From NCBI GenBank assembly GCA_964057225.1, contig OZ059894.1:17608001-17672000 (forward strand): 64,000 nucleotides of DNA. Reading direction: 5' to 3'. Positions 51,599-64,000 of this stretch are shown one piece after another. The DNA is from Auanema rhodensis (Eukaryota; Animalia; Nematoda). The notes beneath the pieces were generated by a model. It was not told the origin of the DNA, made no database searches, and was given only the letters and a program-made list of their open reading frames with translations. How positions within the stretch are numbered: the stretch's first letter is position 1; each line of letters opens with the position of its first letter. The translations under genes and the position numbers were made by a program.

Positions 51599-53578
51599 TT
51601 AATATAATCCACATCCTTTAAGTTTTGATGAAATTATTGTATCCAAAACACTATCGAGTACAAATTGAACCTGCAAATACAAAAACAAAATAAAATTAAT
51701 AACAATAAAAATATTTTTTTCTTTGGATAACCTTCTTTACATCCTTTAGCTTATGTTGGAGAATAGTGCATATACTATATACATATGTATATGCTCAAAG
51801 TTGGGCATACAAACTTGAAACTTTTCATATGAAATCTCAACCTCAAGCTAATTTAAAGTTATTAATTTTGATATATTGAAACGATTATTACTCATATAGA
51901 TCTATTAATACATTTTCTAATTAAATCTTTTGTTTTCTTCAGTTTTTAAAAAAGAAAATTAATTAAAAATGAGAACCTGCTCAGTATCTGTTGCACAAGT
52001 ATGATGACAATATATAGATTTATCTGGGTTTGCATTAGCTTCAATATACTTTCGTTCTATATATGACGAAGCTTCATCGTATGTTTCTGAGCCTTAATCA
52101 GATTCATTACAAGAATGAACAAAATGATTCTGTTCTTTACCATTATAATTAGGAAAAGCTAATTTTAATGATTTTGAAGCACCAATTTTCTGCTTGAATA
52201 GATCTTTTTTATTCAAAAATAATATAACAGACGTATTAATAAAATATTTGTTGTTAATAACTTGTCGAAAAAGTTGTAATGATTCTTGCATTCGATTCTA
52301 TAAGATAATGATTTTTAAAAAATAAAAATTTAATTGGAAACATACTGTAGTATTATCTTCCATTAAAACTTGATCATATTCACTTAATGAAGCAACATAG
52401 ATTAATGCTTTAACATCATCGAAACAATGAATCCATTTTTTTCTTTGAGATCTCTGGCCACCAACATCAAAAACTCTAAAAATCAGATATGAATAACAAT
52501 TAGATATTTAAAAAATACTATTTTATAAAATTAATATTATATTTACTATATATCATAAATAAATATGTATATATGTAGTTTTGTCTTGATATACAAATAA
52601 TATACAAAATAGCCAATAAAGGTAGCAGAAAACACAGAAAAATTAGTAAAAAACAAATTAAAAAAGTAATTTTTTTAATATTCATTTCGGTTATTACCTC
52701 CAAATTTTATTTTTCATAATAAAAGAAACAGCAATAACACCCATTGTTGCCATTCGAACATGTAAAATATCTTGTTCTGTTGGTATATAATCAGAATCAT
52801 GTATTCGATCAAGATTATCAAAAAAACTAAAAATGAAAAGTAAATACAAAAAAAACCAAAGAAATATATGAAAATACTATTTAGCTGAATCATGTAAATA
52901 ATATTCATCTCTCCTTATATAAGCTGTTTGAACTCCTTCATCATTCCATAAATGTTTAATAGCTCTTAAGATTATATGATATACATACGTATGTTTTATA
53001 TAATTTTAAAATATTTAAAAAAAAGAAAACTAACAGATACATAGTTTCAGTTAATGGTTGATCTTCAACTTTTGTTTCAATAATTTTATTTATATATAAA
53101 GCATGAACCTTAATATTTTAAATTTTAAAAATTTCAAATTTCAAATCAAAAACCTCATTTTCAGGTAATTGAAATTTGATATTTAACATTTCCATTCCTT
53201 CTAAGATAGAACCCATACATTGAACTAAATTTACAGTTATATTGGAACGTCCCAAATTAATATCTTCTTGTGTAAAACCATTATCATGTATTATTCTTAA
53301 AATATAATTATTTCAATATTCAATTAATATAAAACTAACTTCATTTGTTTTAATATTGTACTTTTCCCACTGTCACCAGCACCTTAAATATTAATTATTA
53401 TTAATTAAATATATTTATTTTTAATTTTAATTAAATTAAAAAAGAAATATATATATATATTACCCAAAAGTAATAATCTTATAACTGAATCTTCTTTTTT
53501 CCTATCTGAGTCAATAACAGCATTAATCTTTCGATTACGTTTATACATCTCAGCTTGAGCTGAATCACAGTTACCCAT
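51599..53578 (-). CDS. gpa-1: Heterotrimeric G protein alpha subunit, nematode GPA-1 type, 10 exons
   Basis: MGNCDS (myristoylation/palmitoylation)...[23 protein letters not shown]...YLHDSAKYFFD...[12 protein letters not shown]...[21 protein letters not shown]...[19 protein letters not shown]...[20 protein letters not shown]...[36 protein letters not shown]. The [16 protein letters not shown] and KLKGCGLY motifs match C. elegans GPA-1. Confidence 0.93.
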
Positions 53579-55922
53579 TTCTATAACATTATCAGAACTA
53601 AGTATGTTTCACATTTAAAAATATTAAAAAATTATCCTTAAACGAAAAAAAAAAACATTTTTTTCATAAAAATTCGATTATTTTCCTGATTGAAATGTTG
53701 AAAGAAAAGTTTTTTTATAGGTTATTAATATTTAATTATTAGTAATATAATATATAATTTAAAAGAATATAAATTAATTTTTTTAATATAAAAATAAATT
53801 TCGAATATATATTTGAAGAATAAAAGGAAAAATCTCTTCTTTGTAACATTTATGAATAACTCTCAAACGTTTTCAAACGGAAACAAAAAATTATAATTAT
53901 TCTTTTAAAAAAATTAAAAAATAAAAGAAAATAAGCAAATAAATAATTCTTTCTTATAGAATTCTAAAAGAAAAAGTAATATTTTCAAAAGAAATTGCAA
54001 ATAATGAATTGATAAGTATAAAGAATCTGAGATTAAAATTCATTTACATAGATGTATGTACATATACGTATTTTATAATATTATTTTAGAAAATACACAT
54101 TTTTTTTTAAAAAAGAAAAAATAATTTTATAAATATAATTTATAATAAATAATAATAAATATATTAATTTAATCAACAATATTCATTTTATTCAGAACAT
54201 CTTTCTACATGAACTCACTATAGGTATAGTAAAATATATCATACGACGAAGTATTCGTTGCTTGGCTACCAAATTAAGTTGAAAATTTGACCAACAGTTC
54301 TCTCTCCCTCTCAATCTCTCTCTCACAAACCCTCTCTCTCAATCCCTCTCTCTAAATCTCTCTCTATTATCCATTTTTTCGCTCATTCTCTGTCATATAT
54401 GTATGTATGTATATATGCATAAATATAATATACATATAGTATAGTATATACATATGATATATACATTCGTATATCTTTTTTTCTTATTTTCTCTCAATTT
54501 ACTTTCTTCTTAATCATATTCTTTTTCTTATTTAATTTCAATGGAATTACTTGATAAATAAATAATTTTAGTGATCAAACAATTGATTTATGATTTACAA
54601 TTCAAAATACATTTATATAATCAAATATTATATAATTATACTTATAATAATTATAATTTTCACATATTTTTATTTAATTTTTGTAATTTAAAGTAATTAT
54701 ATTACTTTAATTTATTTTTTTTATGTTTTTTATATATTAACTTCAGATTAATTTCAGGAAATCATGCTAAAAATATGTTTGATGACGCAATCATATAAAA
54801 TTAATTAAATACATTTCTTACTACGTTTTTTATAATTTAATTTATAAATATTTATAAACTTTATATTGTTTTTTTTTAATTTTATATCATCTTAAGCATT
54901 TAGCATGTCAATATTTGTAGATACAAGCATACATATGTACATAGATTCAATTTTTAAAATATTTATTATTATTAAGAAGAACAGTTTTTAATTTTTATTA
55001 TTATTTTAAAATAAGAATAAATTTTATTTCCAAATGTTTTATTAAACTCAATATTATTTCGAATAATACATTCAAAACTTCAATTTTCTATATGAAGTTA
55101 CAATAATCATAATATTTCCTGTGAAAATATATTTTAGTACGACATTTTCAAATTATATAAATGATTATTAAAAATAATTTATGTATTTCAAATATTATCT
55201 AATAAATCTTTCTATTTATCTATCTTTCTATCTATGTATCTTTGAAAAAAATGTAATAAATGTGAGTAGAAATGATAAAAATAAAAAAAAAAGAAACATT
55301 GAGTAATAAAGAGAGAGATAGAGAGAGAGAAATGAAAAAGATTAAAAGAATACGTGGGAGGTTAGGGAAATGGTGAGATAGGAGTTGAAATTACATTGAA
55401 AAGAATATGTATATGGTCAGATAAACTTGAAAATGAAAAAGGTGTTTAGTCTTTAACATCTTATCTCATGTTATCTTATGACGATTCTCACATGAATGTA
55501 CACATATACATACATGTATGAATGATTACATACAATACATACATTTTACTATTTCTATTATTAACTTTATTTTAATTTATTATTTTATTAAAAATAATTA
55601 TATTATTACTAATATGTTTATATATATATTTTTATAATTAAATATAAAAGTTTTATATTAAATTTAAAGATAAATTAAAAAATAATATTATTATGGAATA
55701 CTTAATTCTATAACACTATCATATTTGTTTATTTGTTTACTTGTTTATTTATTAAGTTATATAATAAATAAGTGATAAGATAGGTCATATATTGTTCTTA
55801 GTTTATAATCAACTTCTTCTGTTTTCAATCTCTATATAATATATAAAATTTATAATTTATAATATACTTTTAATATATATATATATATATATATTATAAT
55901 TTATTTATATTTTAGTAATATA

Positions 55923-57409
55923 ATGAATCGAAATGATTCTTCTGATGTACCTGAAGAAGAAAAATATGAAATTGTGAACTCTGAGTATGTTAAATATTTC
56001 TTTTTTTGATTTCAATATCATTATATGTACATTCCTTTCTATATATTATTATTATTATAGATCAACACGTGCTAGTTCTAGTGCTCGAAATTTTACCAAG
56101 AAGGTATTAACTTTAAATTCTTTCAATAAACTTTCAATAGACGATAAGAATATTAACTACATTTATAATTTTAATATTTTCACTCTTTGATATGATATCA
56201 GACATAAAAATGATATTAACGAAAGTGATTGTATTTCAATACATTCCTTATTCTACAGAACAAATCTTTAAAAATATCATTTTATTCTTCTTTAACTTTC
56301 ATTTATTCTCCAACTATTTTACAGAGTAAAGCTCCTGTGTTGCCCATGCCTTCGCATCCAACCGAAAGTTCTGATTCAACACCTCTACCTCAACGTGTCA
56401 GTCGACCCGAGAGTTCTAGGCAAAACCAGTTTGATTTAAAGTAAGTTTTCTATATTTATCTATCAAATTATATTTAATTTACAATATAATTAAGTTGAAA
56501 AAAGATTTTAATCCCGGAAATAGATTATATTCATATCTAGCATGATGTGTACAATTGATTGATATGATTTTTATAGATATAATATGACGTCAACCTTAAT
56601 ATTCATTGAACTTTTTATGATTTTTTACATATTTCTTATCAAATTTAATATTTTATCTCTTTTTTTTTCATATTTAACATCCAATTATTCACTAACTTAA
56701 CTGAAATATATACAAAGTCATCAGATTTTTATTTATTTTCACGTTTAAGCAAACAAAATGTTATCACCTCATATACAGTCCTGTGAATCTTAAAAAAACA
56801 TTCTTTTTCAGTTTTGATACAGGAAACAAAGTCATTGAAACCGTTATTGATATTGATGACAGGGATGAATTAAATATTAATAAAGCTTTGAATGTATGTT
56901 CTAAACCTACAATCTTAGAAATCGTTATGTTTAGGCACCATTCTCAGAAATATATGCTGAACCTGGTCCAGACTATCATAGTATTGCATGTGTTTGGACA
57001 AATAGTTTCAGAGTAAAATCATTCACTTTTACAAATAATTAACTGTTTATATATTTATTTTAGGTTTTTCAAATTACCCGTGTTTATTGCTATAAAGCTT
57101 TAAGCTTAATTTTGGGAATACCGCTTGCATTCATTTTTGGATTAATTTTTGCTTCTACCGTCTTTTTCGCAGTATGGATTGGACGAGTAAGAACAACTAT
57201 TTATTCTTCCATTCAAATATAATTTTCAGCCCTTAATGCGTTTAACCCGTATGGCACTAGCTCAAGTATTCCAACTTACAGCATTAATAGCTATTTATGC
57301 TGTTAGACCATTCTTCTATGCAATGGGTGCATGCTTCAGTTCAGCTCGAGTTCATTACAGTAGTGGTGAACCAATAACTGAGCCATGGTATCCAGAAGAA
57401 AAGCCATAA
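55923..57409 (+). CDS. cav-2: Caveolin, CAV-2 type, 7 exons
   Basis: Approximate exons: 55923-55984, 56061-56103, 56325-56441, 56812-56893, 56935-57012, 57064-57186, 57230-57409. Translation: ...IDIDDRDELNINKALN-APFSEIYAEPGPDYHSIACVWTNSFR-VFQITRVYCYKALSLILGIPLAFIFGLIFA...WIGR-PLMRLTRMALAQ...YAVRPFFYAMGACFSSAR...EKP*. It shows a caveolin signature variant (FSEIYAEP), the scaffolding region and the intramembrane hairpin. Further 5' exons are possible. TGATAA at 55773. Confidence 0.9.
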
Positions 57410-57691
57410 ATGAAATGAAATGAATCATGATGATGTAAACATTCACTACAATACATTTAAACTTTTTTTTTCATTTTATATTATTATTATTATAAAAATA
57501 TATTATTAATTCTTATTAAATAATTAAATTGTATAAGAAACGTTCATGTTTATTGACGTGTTGTTTTCATTTCCTTAATTTTTATCTGATAACCACATGA
57601 GTGCGGTTGTATTCAATTCACTTGTTTCGAAAAACAAAATTAAAAAAATACAAAATAAAAACAAAGTTATAACAAAAGGTAATATTATATA

Positions 57692-57695
<4 letters not shown>

Positions 57696-57739
<44 letters not shown>
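57696..57739. repeat. (TA)~22 microsatellite
   Basis: Directly visible downstream of the cav-2 stop. Confidence 0.9.
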
Positions 57740-57744
<5 letters not shown>

Positions 57745-58265
57745 TGTATAAAATATAGAAATAAAAGATTAAAAAGATTTTTTCTCTCCAAATTATTAAT
57801 ACTATACGAATAATATTACATGATTATTCGTTTTTTTTTGTGTGTCTTCACATCATATTATTTTTTTTTCTTTATTTATATTTTATTATATAATATATGT
57901 TTATAAAATTTATTTATTTTGATTTGATGACACCTGTCTATATTATCCAAATATCAATAATATCCACACGAATTTGATGATTTATCTGTCTGTCTACTAA
58001 TCAAACTATTTATAAGTATATAGAATATCTTCTTTTCAATTATTTTTATTATATTTCTCATCTACTTATCCACTTAAATATACTTTTAGAAATTTAAAAA
58101 TCAGTAGATCAATAACTAATCGTATACAGAGATTTAATATATTCAATTATATGATTTGTTGAATATTTTAACTTTATTCAAGTAGAACAATTAGAAATTT
58201 GAATAAGATCTCTCGAGGTGATCTTATATAGAAAGTATACATGTAGCCTTGGGAAAGGCCAATAG

Positions 58266-60599
58266 AGGTCAAACAATATTATACTACAACCTTTTTTTTT
58301 GCTTTACCTACCAACTTTTTTAGGATATTGTAAAACAAATTTATTAAGGTCAACCTTACTTTCAATATCATATCGTTTTTTTTTCTTTTAAAACTTTTTT
58401 TTATGAGAAATACAAATTGAGCGGTAAGATTGAAAGATGAACATCGTATAGTATTAGCTTTCACGGACGTGTTACATGACAGACCTTGCTCGTCAATATC
58501 AACCTGATCCCCCCCAATCTATTTCAATTTTTTTTCGAAATAATACGAAACTCGTTTGGAGGAATATATTGTGGTATCAATTGAACATAAAGATTAAAGA
58601 ATAAATTTTCTTTATAATATAAGAGAAAGAAAAAATTATTTGAATGTTTAAAACTGTTGTTACCTAGTCAAGTACGGAAACGGAAATAACAAATATCTAT
58701 ATAAGATATTTCTTTAAAGATAATAAATCAAGATGAATACATAATACATATCTATAAACAAAACAAAAAATATCAAATAAATCTCAATTACATATAGTAT
58801 TTAGATTTTATCAATAATTTGAATCTTTTTTCTCACTGTTTTATATGTGTAAATTGCTTCTTGTCGGCATATATTGCTGATGTCACATCAAAAAGAACTG
58901 ACAATACCGCAACTTAAGATGTGAAGAAGTAAGAAGACAGGTTAGATGTCATCTATCTTCATCCCTTGCGTCATGCTTATCTTTGCCACTTATGTGAACC
59001 AAAATATTAAAAATATTTTCTCAATATCATATGGATAATTAAATTAATTTCTTTGTCGGAAATATTTCATATAGCTAAATTGCCAATGATGCAATATCAT
59101 ATCAGGATTTATAGAATAAACTGTATTTAATTGTATTTAATAAGTGTATAGTTAGATCTCAATCCTCGTGTTAGGTCAGACAATGCTCAATGCAAGTTTC
59201 TTGCCGTTGGTGAAATCTTGACAAACAGTTAATTAGTTTATTTATATAATTAATATAATACGATTTAACATTCCCTATAGCTAATAATTTAAACTTAACT
59301 ATATTCACATAGTTATACTGATTTGAAATAATACGATTACTTACTTATTTTTTTTCTTGACCTGTGAAAATTTATAATCTATTCATAATAAGTGCATAGT
59401 TAGTAAAAAAACTTGAATGTCTAACTATGCTGGTCGTTATATACACAACGATTAAGATGTTAACTATACAATACTATAACAATGAATATTTAGTATATTC
59501 TATTGTTACAAAGAAAATGAATAAATGGCATGGGAACAAGTATGAATGATGCTCCTCTGGTCAGAAAAGAAAGATTTTTTTTTTGAATTTTTAGACTCCT
59601 ATATATTCATGGCTATCACATCAATCTCATCGTATATCTCTATCTTTTTTTTTCAATATTTCTTTCATATAAACTGTATATATTGAATGTATTGAAATGA
59701 TGTGCAATCTGATTTGCTTTACGATTCACAGCAAATTTGAGGCAGGTCATTCTGCTCTTAATACGATGTTCATGACCTTCATCCTTCATGTTTCTTGAAG
59801 AAAAGAATAAAATATAAAAAAAGACACAAATATATTTTATATTAATATGGATGAATCATGCTGTGAGAACTCTTGTAAGATAAGATACATGTACCCATTG
59901 CTCTTCCAATCTCCCCCTTCTCTCTCTCTCTCCCTTTCTTGCTCTCTTCAATTTAATCAAACTACATCATGTTATATATTATATATAAATTAATATCTAA
60001 TAGTATATATTTGTTTTTTTCTAATTTATATTTATTATCTACTTATATAAATATTTTTTTACTTAATTTAAGATAAAATCATATATTTGATCCAATGTTT
60101 TATGTTTATGTAACATCTCTATGTATATTCATTGATGAATATATCAAATTTAAACGGTTATTCATTGTTATGTGTATATCAAGCTTATCAAAGAAAAAGC
60201 CGAATCTTTCAAATAGAAAGATACATAAAAGGATAATGGCTGGTTAATAGTTGAAAGAGATATTGTGACAGACAGAGGCTCGTTCAGATAGCGGACAGGC
60301 TCAGATGGCATGGTAAGTGAGGTCAGCTGCGGACACATAGAGAGAGGAAAAAAGATAGGAAAGGAGAGGGAAAAGAAATGAATAGATAGGATGGGTTGAA
60401 AGGGAAATGAGTTAAGCCAAGCAAAGCAAAGCTATTTGTACAGGTTATTAACGGTCGGTGGAGCTGTCTTTTGTGATGGCTAGAGGTCTAACACTCTCAT
60501 TCTATATCATTCTATCTAACATAAAATGCTTTTTGAGACTTGTCTCAGATCATTTGTAATAGGAATCAAATTAAATGCTATTTGTGTGTCTGATGACCT
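58266..60599. promoter_or_regulatory. Cluster of eight AGGTCA/TGACCT nuclear-receptor half-sites
   Basis: Sites start at 58266, 58347, 59173, 59358, 59744, 59773, 60320 and 60594. Confidence 0.4.
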
Positions 60600-62833
60600 A
60601 AACGAGTCTCACGTAAAGAGCAACTCAGATCGTATACGGTGCTGGCACTTATTATCCGCTCAACAAATACAACAAGAAAATTGGATAGTCATCATAAGCA
60701 ACATAGACCTATGAATATAGTCATTTCTTGTATTTCTTACAATCTTATTCTGTTTTTTTCAAAAATTAATATCAAAGAATGATTTAACAATCCTTTCATA
60801 TACACATCGACAACTATTTATCATTTCACGTCATTTTCACGTGAAGTTAATATTGGAATAAAAATTTTTATTTTTCAATTCGAATAGCAAAGTGATCGGT
60901 TGCAAAGATGAGAGAGAGCTATACTATACATACATTCAATTATGTTTTTCAATACCTTTATGCATAACGATCTTTTTGATTTTAAATGAAAAAATAATCT
61001 TTTACTATATCTTTAAAGAATTATTTTGATGATCCGATCAATTTAGATATAAGTAGAGTAATGTATTATATAAAGAAAAACTAAATATTTTCATAGATTT
61101 CCGATGCAACGATTTTTTTGTGTTTTTCGAAAAAATATTTATATTTCTTCATTAATTTAATAAAAAAATAACCATTTTCCTTATAAAGAATTACAATATC
61201 TTTCATCTATGTATATATTTTTTCTTTTATTCTTAAGTACTTCTTACTTCTCTTTTATATTTATTCACTTAATTTTCTTTTTATTTTACCACTTTTCATT
61301 TCTTTTTTTTTCTTTTAAAATAGTCTCAAAGTCATATTGTTCTTTCCGACCTTTCTTTCATTTTTCTTTCTTTCTTTATCTTCTTTCTTTCTCAATTCTT
61401 GTATATATTGGTTGTTGATGTATCGGCAATATCAACTCAATTGTCTACACACCTTTTTAAGTGGATTGGCACACTTGTCTATTTTCTTATAAGTAAATAA
61501 CATTTATTGTTATATGGTTATTCATATAAATATATATAAATATACATATATACATATATATAATTTCATTTTTAATTTGATTTTCAAATCAAAAAGAATC
61601 GACCAACTTCTTCATTCTCTGTTCCCACCCTTATCGGAAAAGTAATGGAACTCCACCTTTTATATTTCTAATGAAATAATAAAATTATCTAATTAAAAGT
61701 TCATTTTAATATAGTTATTTTTGAAATTACTCTTCAATTACTTGCATTTTCTCGTTTTCAAAATCTCAAAGGTAATCCGCGATCATTGATTCCATCCGTA
61801 GCGATTTTGCTCATGACGTCAATAGTCACATCCTTCATGTACTTTCTCTTATGAAAAGAGTTTAGTATTTGTTATCTGAATATCTACTTTTCAACTTAAA
61901 ACTGATTTCAATTCATTGAAATCTTATAAAGATCATCTTATATCAATAATTTTCAACTCTGTTTTCAATCAGATATATAAAACTAGTTTATAATCTATTT
62001 CAGAGAAATTCCGTTAATCCTAGCTCATATACATAGTTAGCTAGTTTACCTTTTCGTTCTGAACTTTTTTAAACCTAATAATGGTTTCATATTGATTTAT
62101 GCTCACTACAGCTTCGTATTTGCCCGATTCAATCATAATCATCAATTTTTCCAATTCTTCCTCCTCCTCTCTCCCTCTCTCTCTTTCCCTCTCCTTACCT
62201 CTCTCTTTCTCTCTTTATATCTGTTTTATTCAGTCACGTTTGACTCACTTCTGTTTGCTTCTTCGTCCAACAGGACAATGCTGACATAACTGTCTGTACA
62301 CGTCATCTAGTTCAATGTTAATGCATTTGCCGAATGAAACTAAGATGCATGTTTTCATATCCTGTGGGCTTAAGATTGTCGGTATGTCTTCTGTTTCATC
62401 TATAACTTGTTGTGTTATATCTATTCTATTGTATATGATGTATAATACAATGAATAGAATTGCAAAGTACTATCTTTCAATGATTGTACATCATAATCAT
62501 CATTTTGATTATCAGCACACATGTATTCAAGTAATTTATTTTAAATGATAATATGAATATATAATTTATATTTTTAATATTTCAAAGAGTTTTTTCAAAG
62601 TTTTCTTTCATTTCAATCCATTATTCATATTTATTTCGTTTTATCTTTTTTTCCTTTTCAAGACTTTTTTGTCGTTAACTCGTTAAGATGGTCGCAGACA
62701 CTGTGTTCTTCACCGTCCAGCCACGTGTACCAATTTGTGTATTCGTCGCCCCGTTGTCGACTTTTTTCTTTCGCTCTTTCAACTTACTTTGGAATTTGTT
62801 CGAATTCTTTTCATAGCCACTCTCTACCTCACG

Positions 62834-62947
<114 letters not shown>

Positions 62948-62968
62948 GACAACTGTTCGATCTAATGT

Positions 62969-63120
62969 ATGTGTGCATTACGTGGCAATGCATCTGAAGC
63001 AAACGATTCATTCTACAATACCACGTACAATGAGTTTGTGAATGCCACGACTTCCCCAGCTGCAACAGTGGTTGTTGATGCTAACCAACGATCTCTCATC
63101 TATTGTAGAATATCCATGTG
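62969..63120 (+). CDS. Candidate first coding exon of a membrane receptor (GPCR-like extracellular N-terminus); the gene would continue beyond the window
   Basis: MCALRGNASEANDSFYNTTYNEFVNATTSPAATVVVDANQRSLIYCRISMW has four N-x-S/T sequons in 27 residues, no signal peptide and higher GC than its flanks. The donor site is uncertain. Confidence 0.35.
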
Positions 63121-64000
63121 GTCCGCGCTGCAAAACCCTTCACATTCATCAATTTTATTTAATTCTATTCGTTTATATTTAGCACCAAATATACAAAAAC
63201 ATGAATGATTTTAATGAAATTCAATCAATTAACTATGTATTATATACAGTTTGAATAAAATTTATTTTTTATAATCAGTAAATCACATCGTATATCTACT
63301 ATCATATTACATATTTATAATATTATAAATATTTAAAATATGTCATTCTATCTTGTCCTTTCTCTCTCTCTCTCACTTTTTCTCTCTCTATCTCTATCTC
63401 TCTCTATTTTTATCTATAAATCATATTTAATATAGTTTATGATAATGATTATTCATTACCAGCTCCACCCAATAGCACAATTTCTTATCCAAGATCGTCT
63501 CGAATCTAGAGAGCGAGACTATGAGCGAGAGAGTAAGGAAATATGAGAAACATACAGATTGAGAGTTAGAAGAGGATCACCATGTATGATCGTTAGGTTT
63601 GATTACGACCTAACGACCTCAGGTCACTCCTCCCACCTTTGGCCATGACAGCAGCTCCGCCCCTCAAGCTATCAGTAGGAGTAGTTGGTTGTCTTAAGAA
63701 CAGTTGTAGCTGTTTCTCCTCATCAATTCAACTGTTTCATTCTACATAATTTCAATCACATCCATGTGTGTTCTTCAAAATGAAGAAGTATGAAGCATTT
63801 CTTTGAGAACAGAGCGCCACCTGCGTTAGCGATGATTCACTGAAAGAATTCGCACTTGTTTCTGAGTTTCAAACCATATTTGATCGAATTCCCCCTTCCC
63901 CTTTCTATCTTCAAACCAATTTCTTTAATTATATGTATAGTTAGAACTACTAATTTATGTCTATGTAGCATTTATATACATATGTATTTGCCAATTGATG

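Noticed and set aside
63590-63616. 9-bp perfect hairpin TCGTTAGGT-N9-ACCTAACGA
   Set aside because: Too short for a pre-miRNA and plausible by chance in 64 kb.

Overview
Eukaryotic, very AT-rich nematode DNA, with proteins closest to those of Caenorhabditis-like rhabditids. Introns are mostly 40-60 nt GT-AG, so the ORF track fragments nearly every gene; the models below were spliced by hand. Left to right on the + strand: an aquaglyceroporin (aqp-3-like, 2282-5804); a tandem cluster of three divergent GH25/protist-type lysozyme-like genes (6733-7881, 11109-12146, 13717-17078); a patch of decayed transposons (Tc1/Tc3-like start, then Maverick/Polinton DNA polymerase and integrase fragments, ~17.2-18.6 kb); a small GPI-anchored Ly6/three-finger gene (23435-24142); ~15 kb of CT-rich regulatory DNA with candidate upstream exons; and beta-G spectrin unc-70 (39296-50955), with an alternative N-terminal exon and cassette exons. 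These are followed by G-alpha gpa-1 on the - strand (51599-53578), caveolin cav-2 on + (55923-57409), an AGGTCA-rich enhancer-like block and a candidate GPCR-like first exon near the right edge. The most novel-looking element is the third lysozyme-like gene. It encodes a secreted protein with three tandem GH25-like domains, Thr/Ser-rich spacers and a GPI-type tail, and all five domains in the cluster lack the catalytic DxE glutamate. Also unusual is the high use of AAG 3' splice sites. All family calls come from motif recognition; no database search was run.
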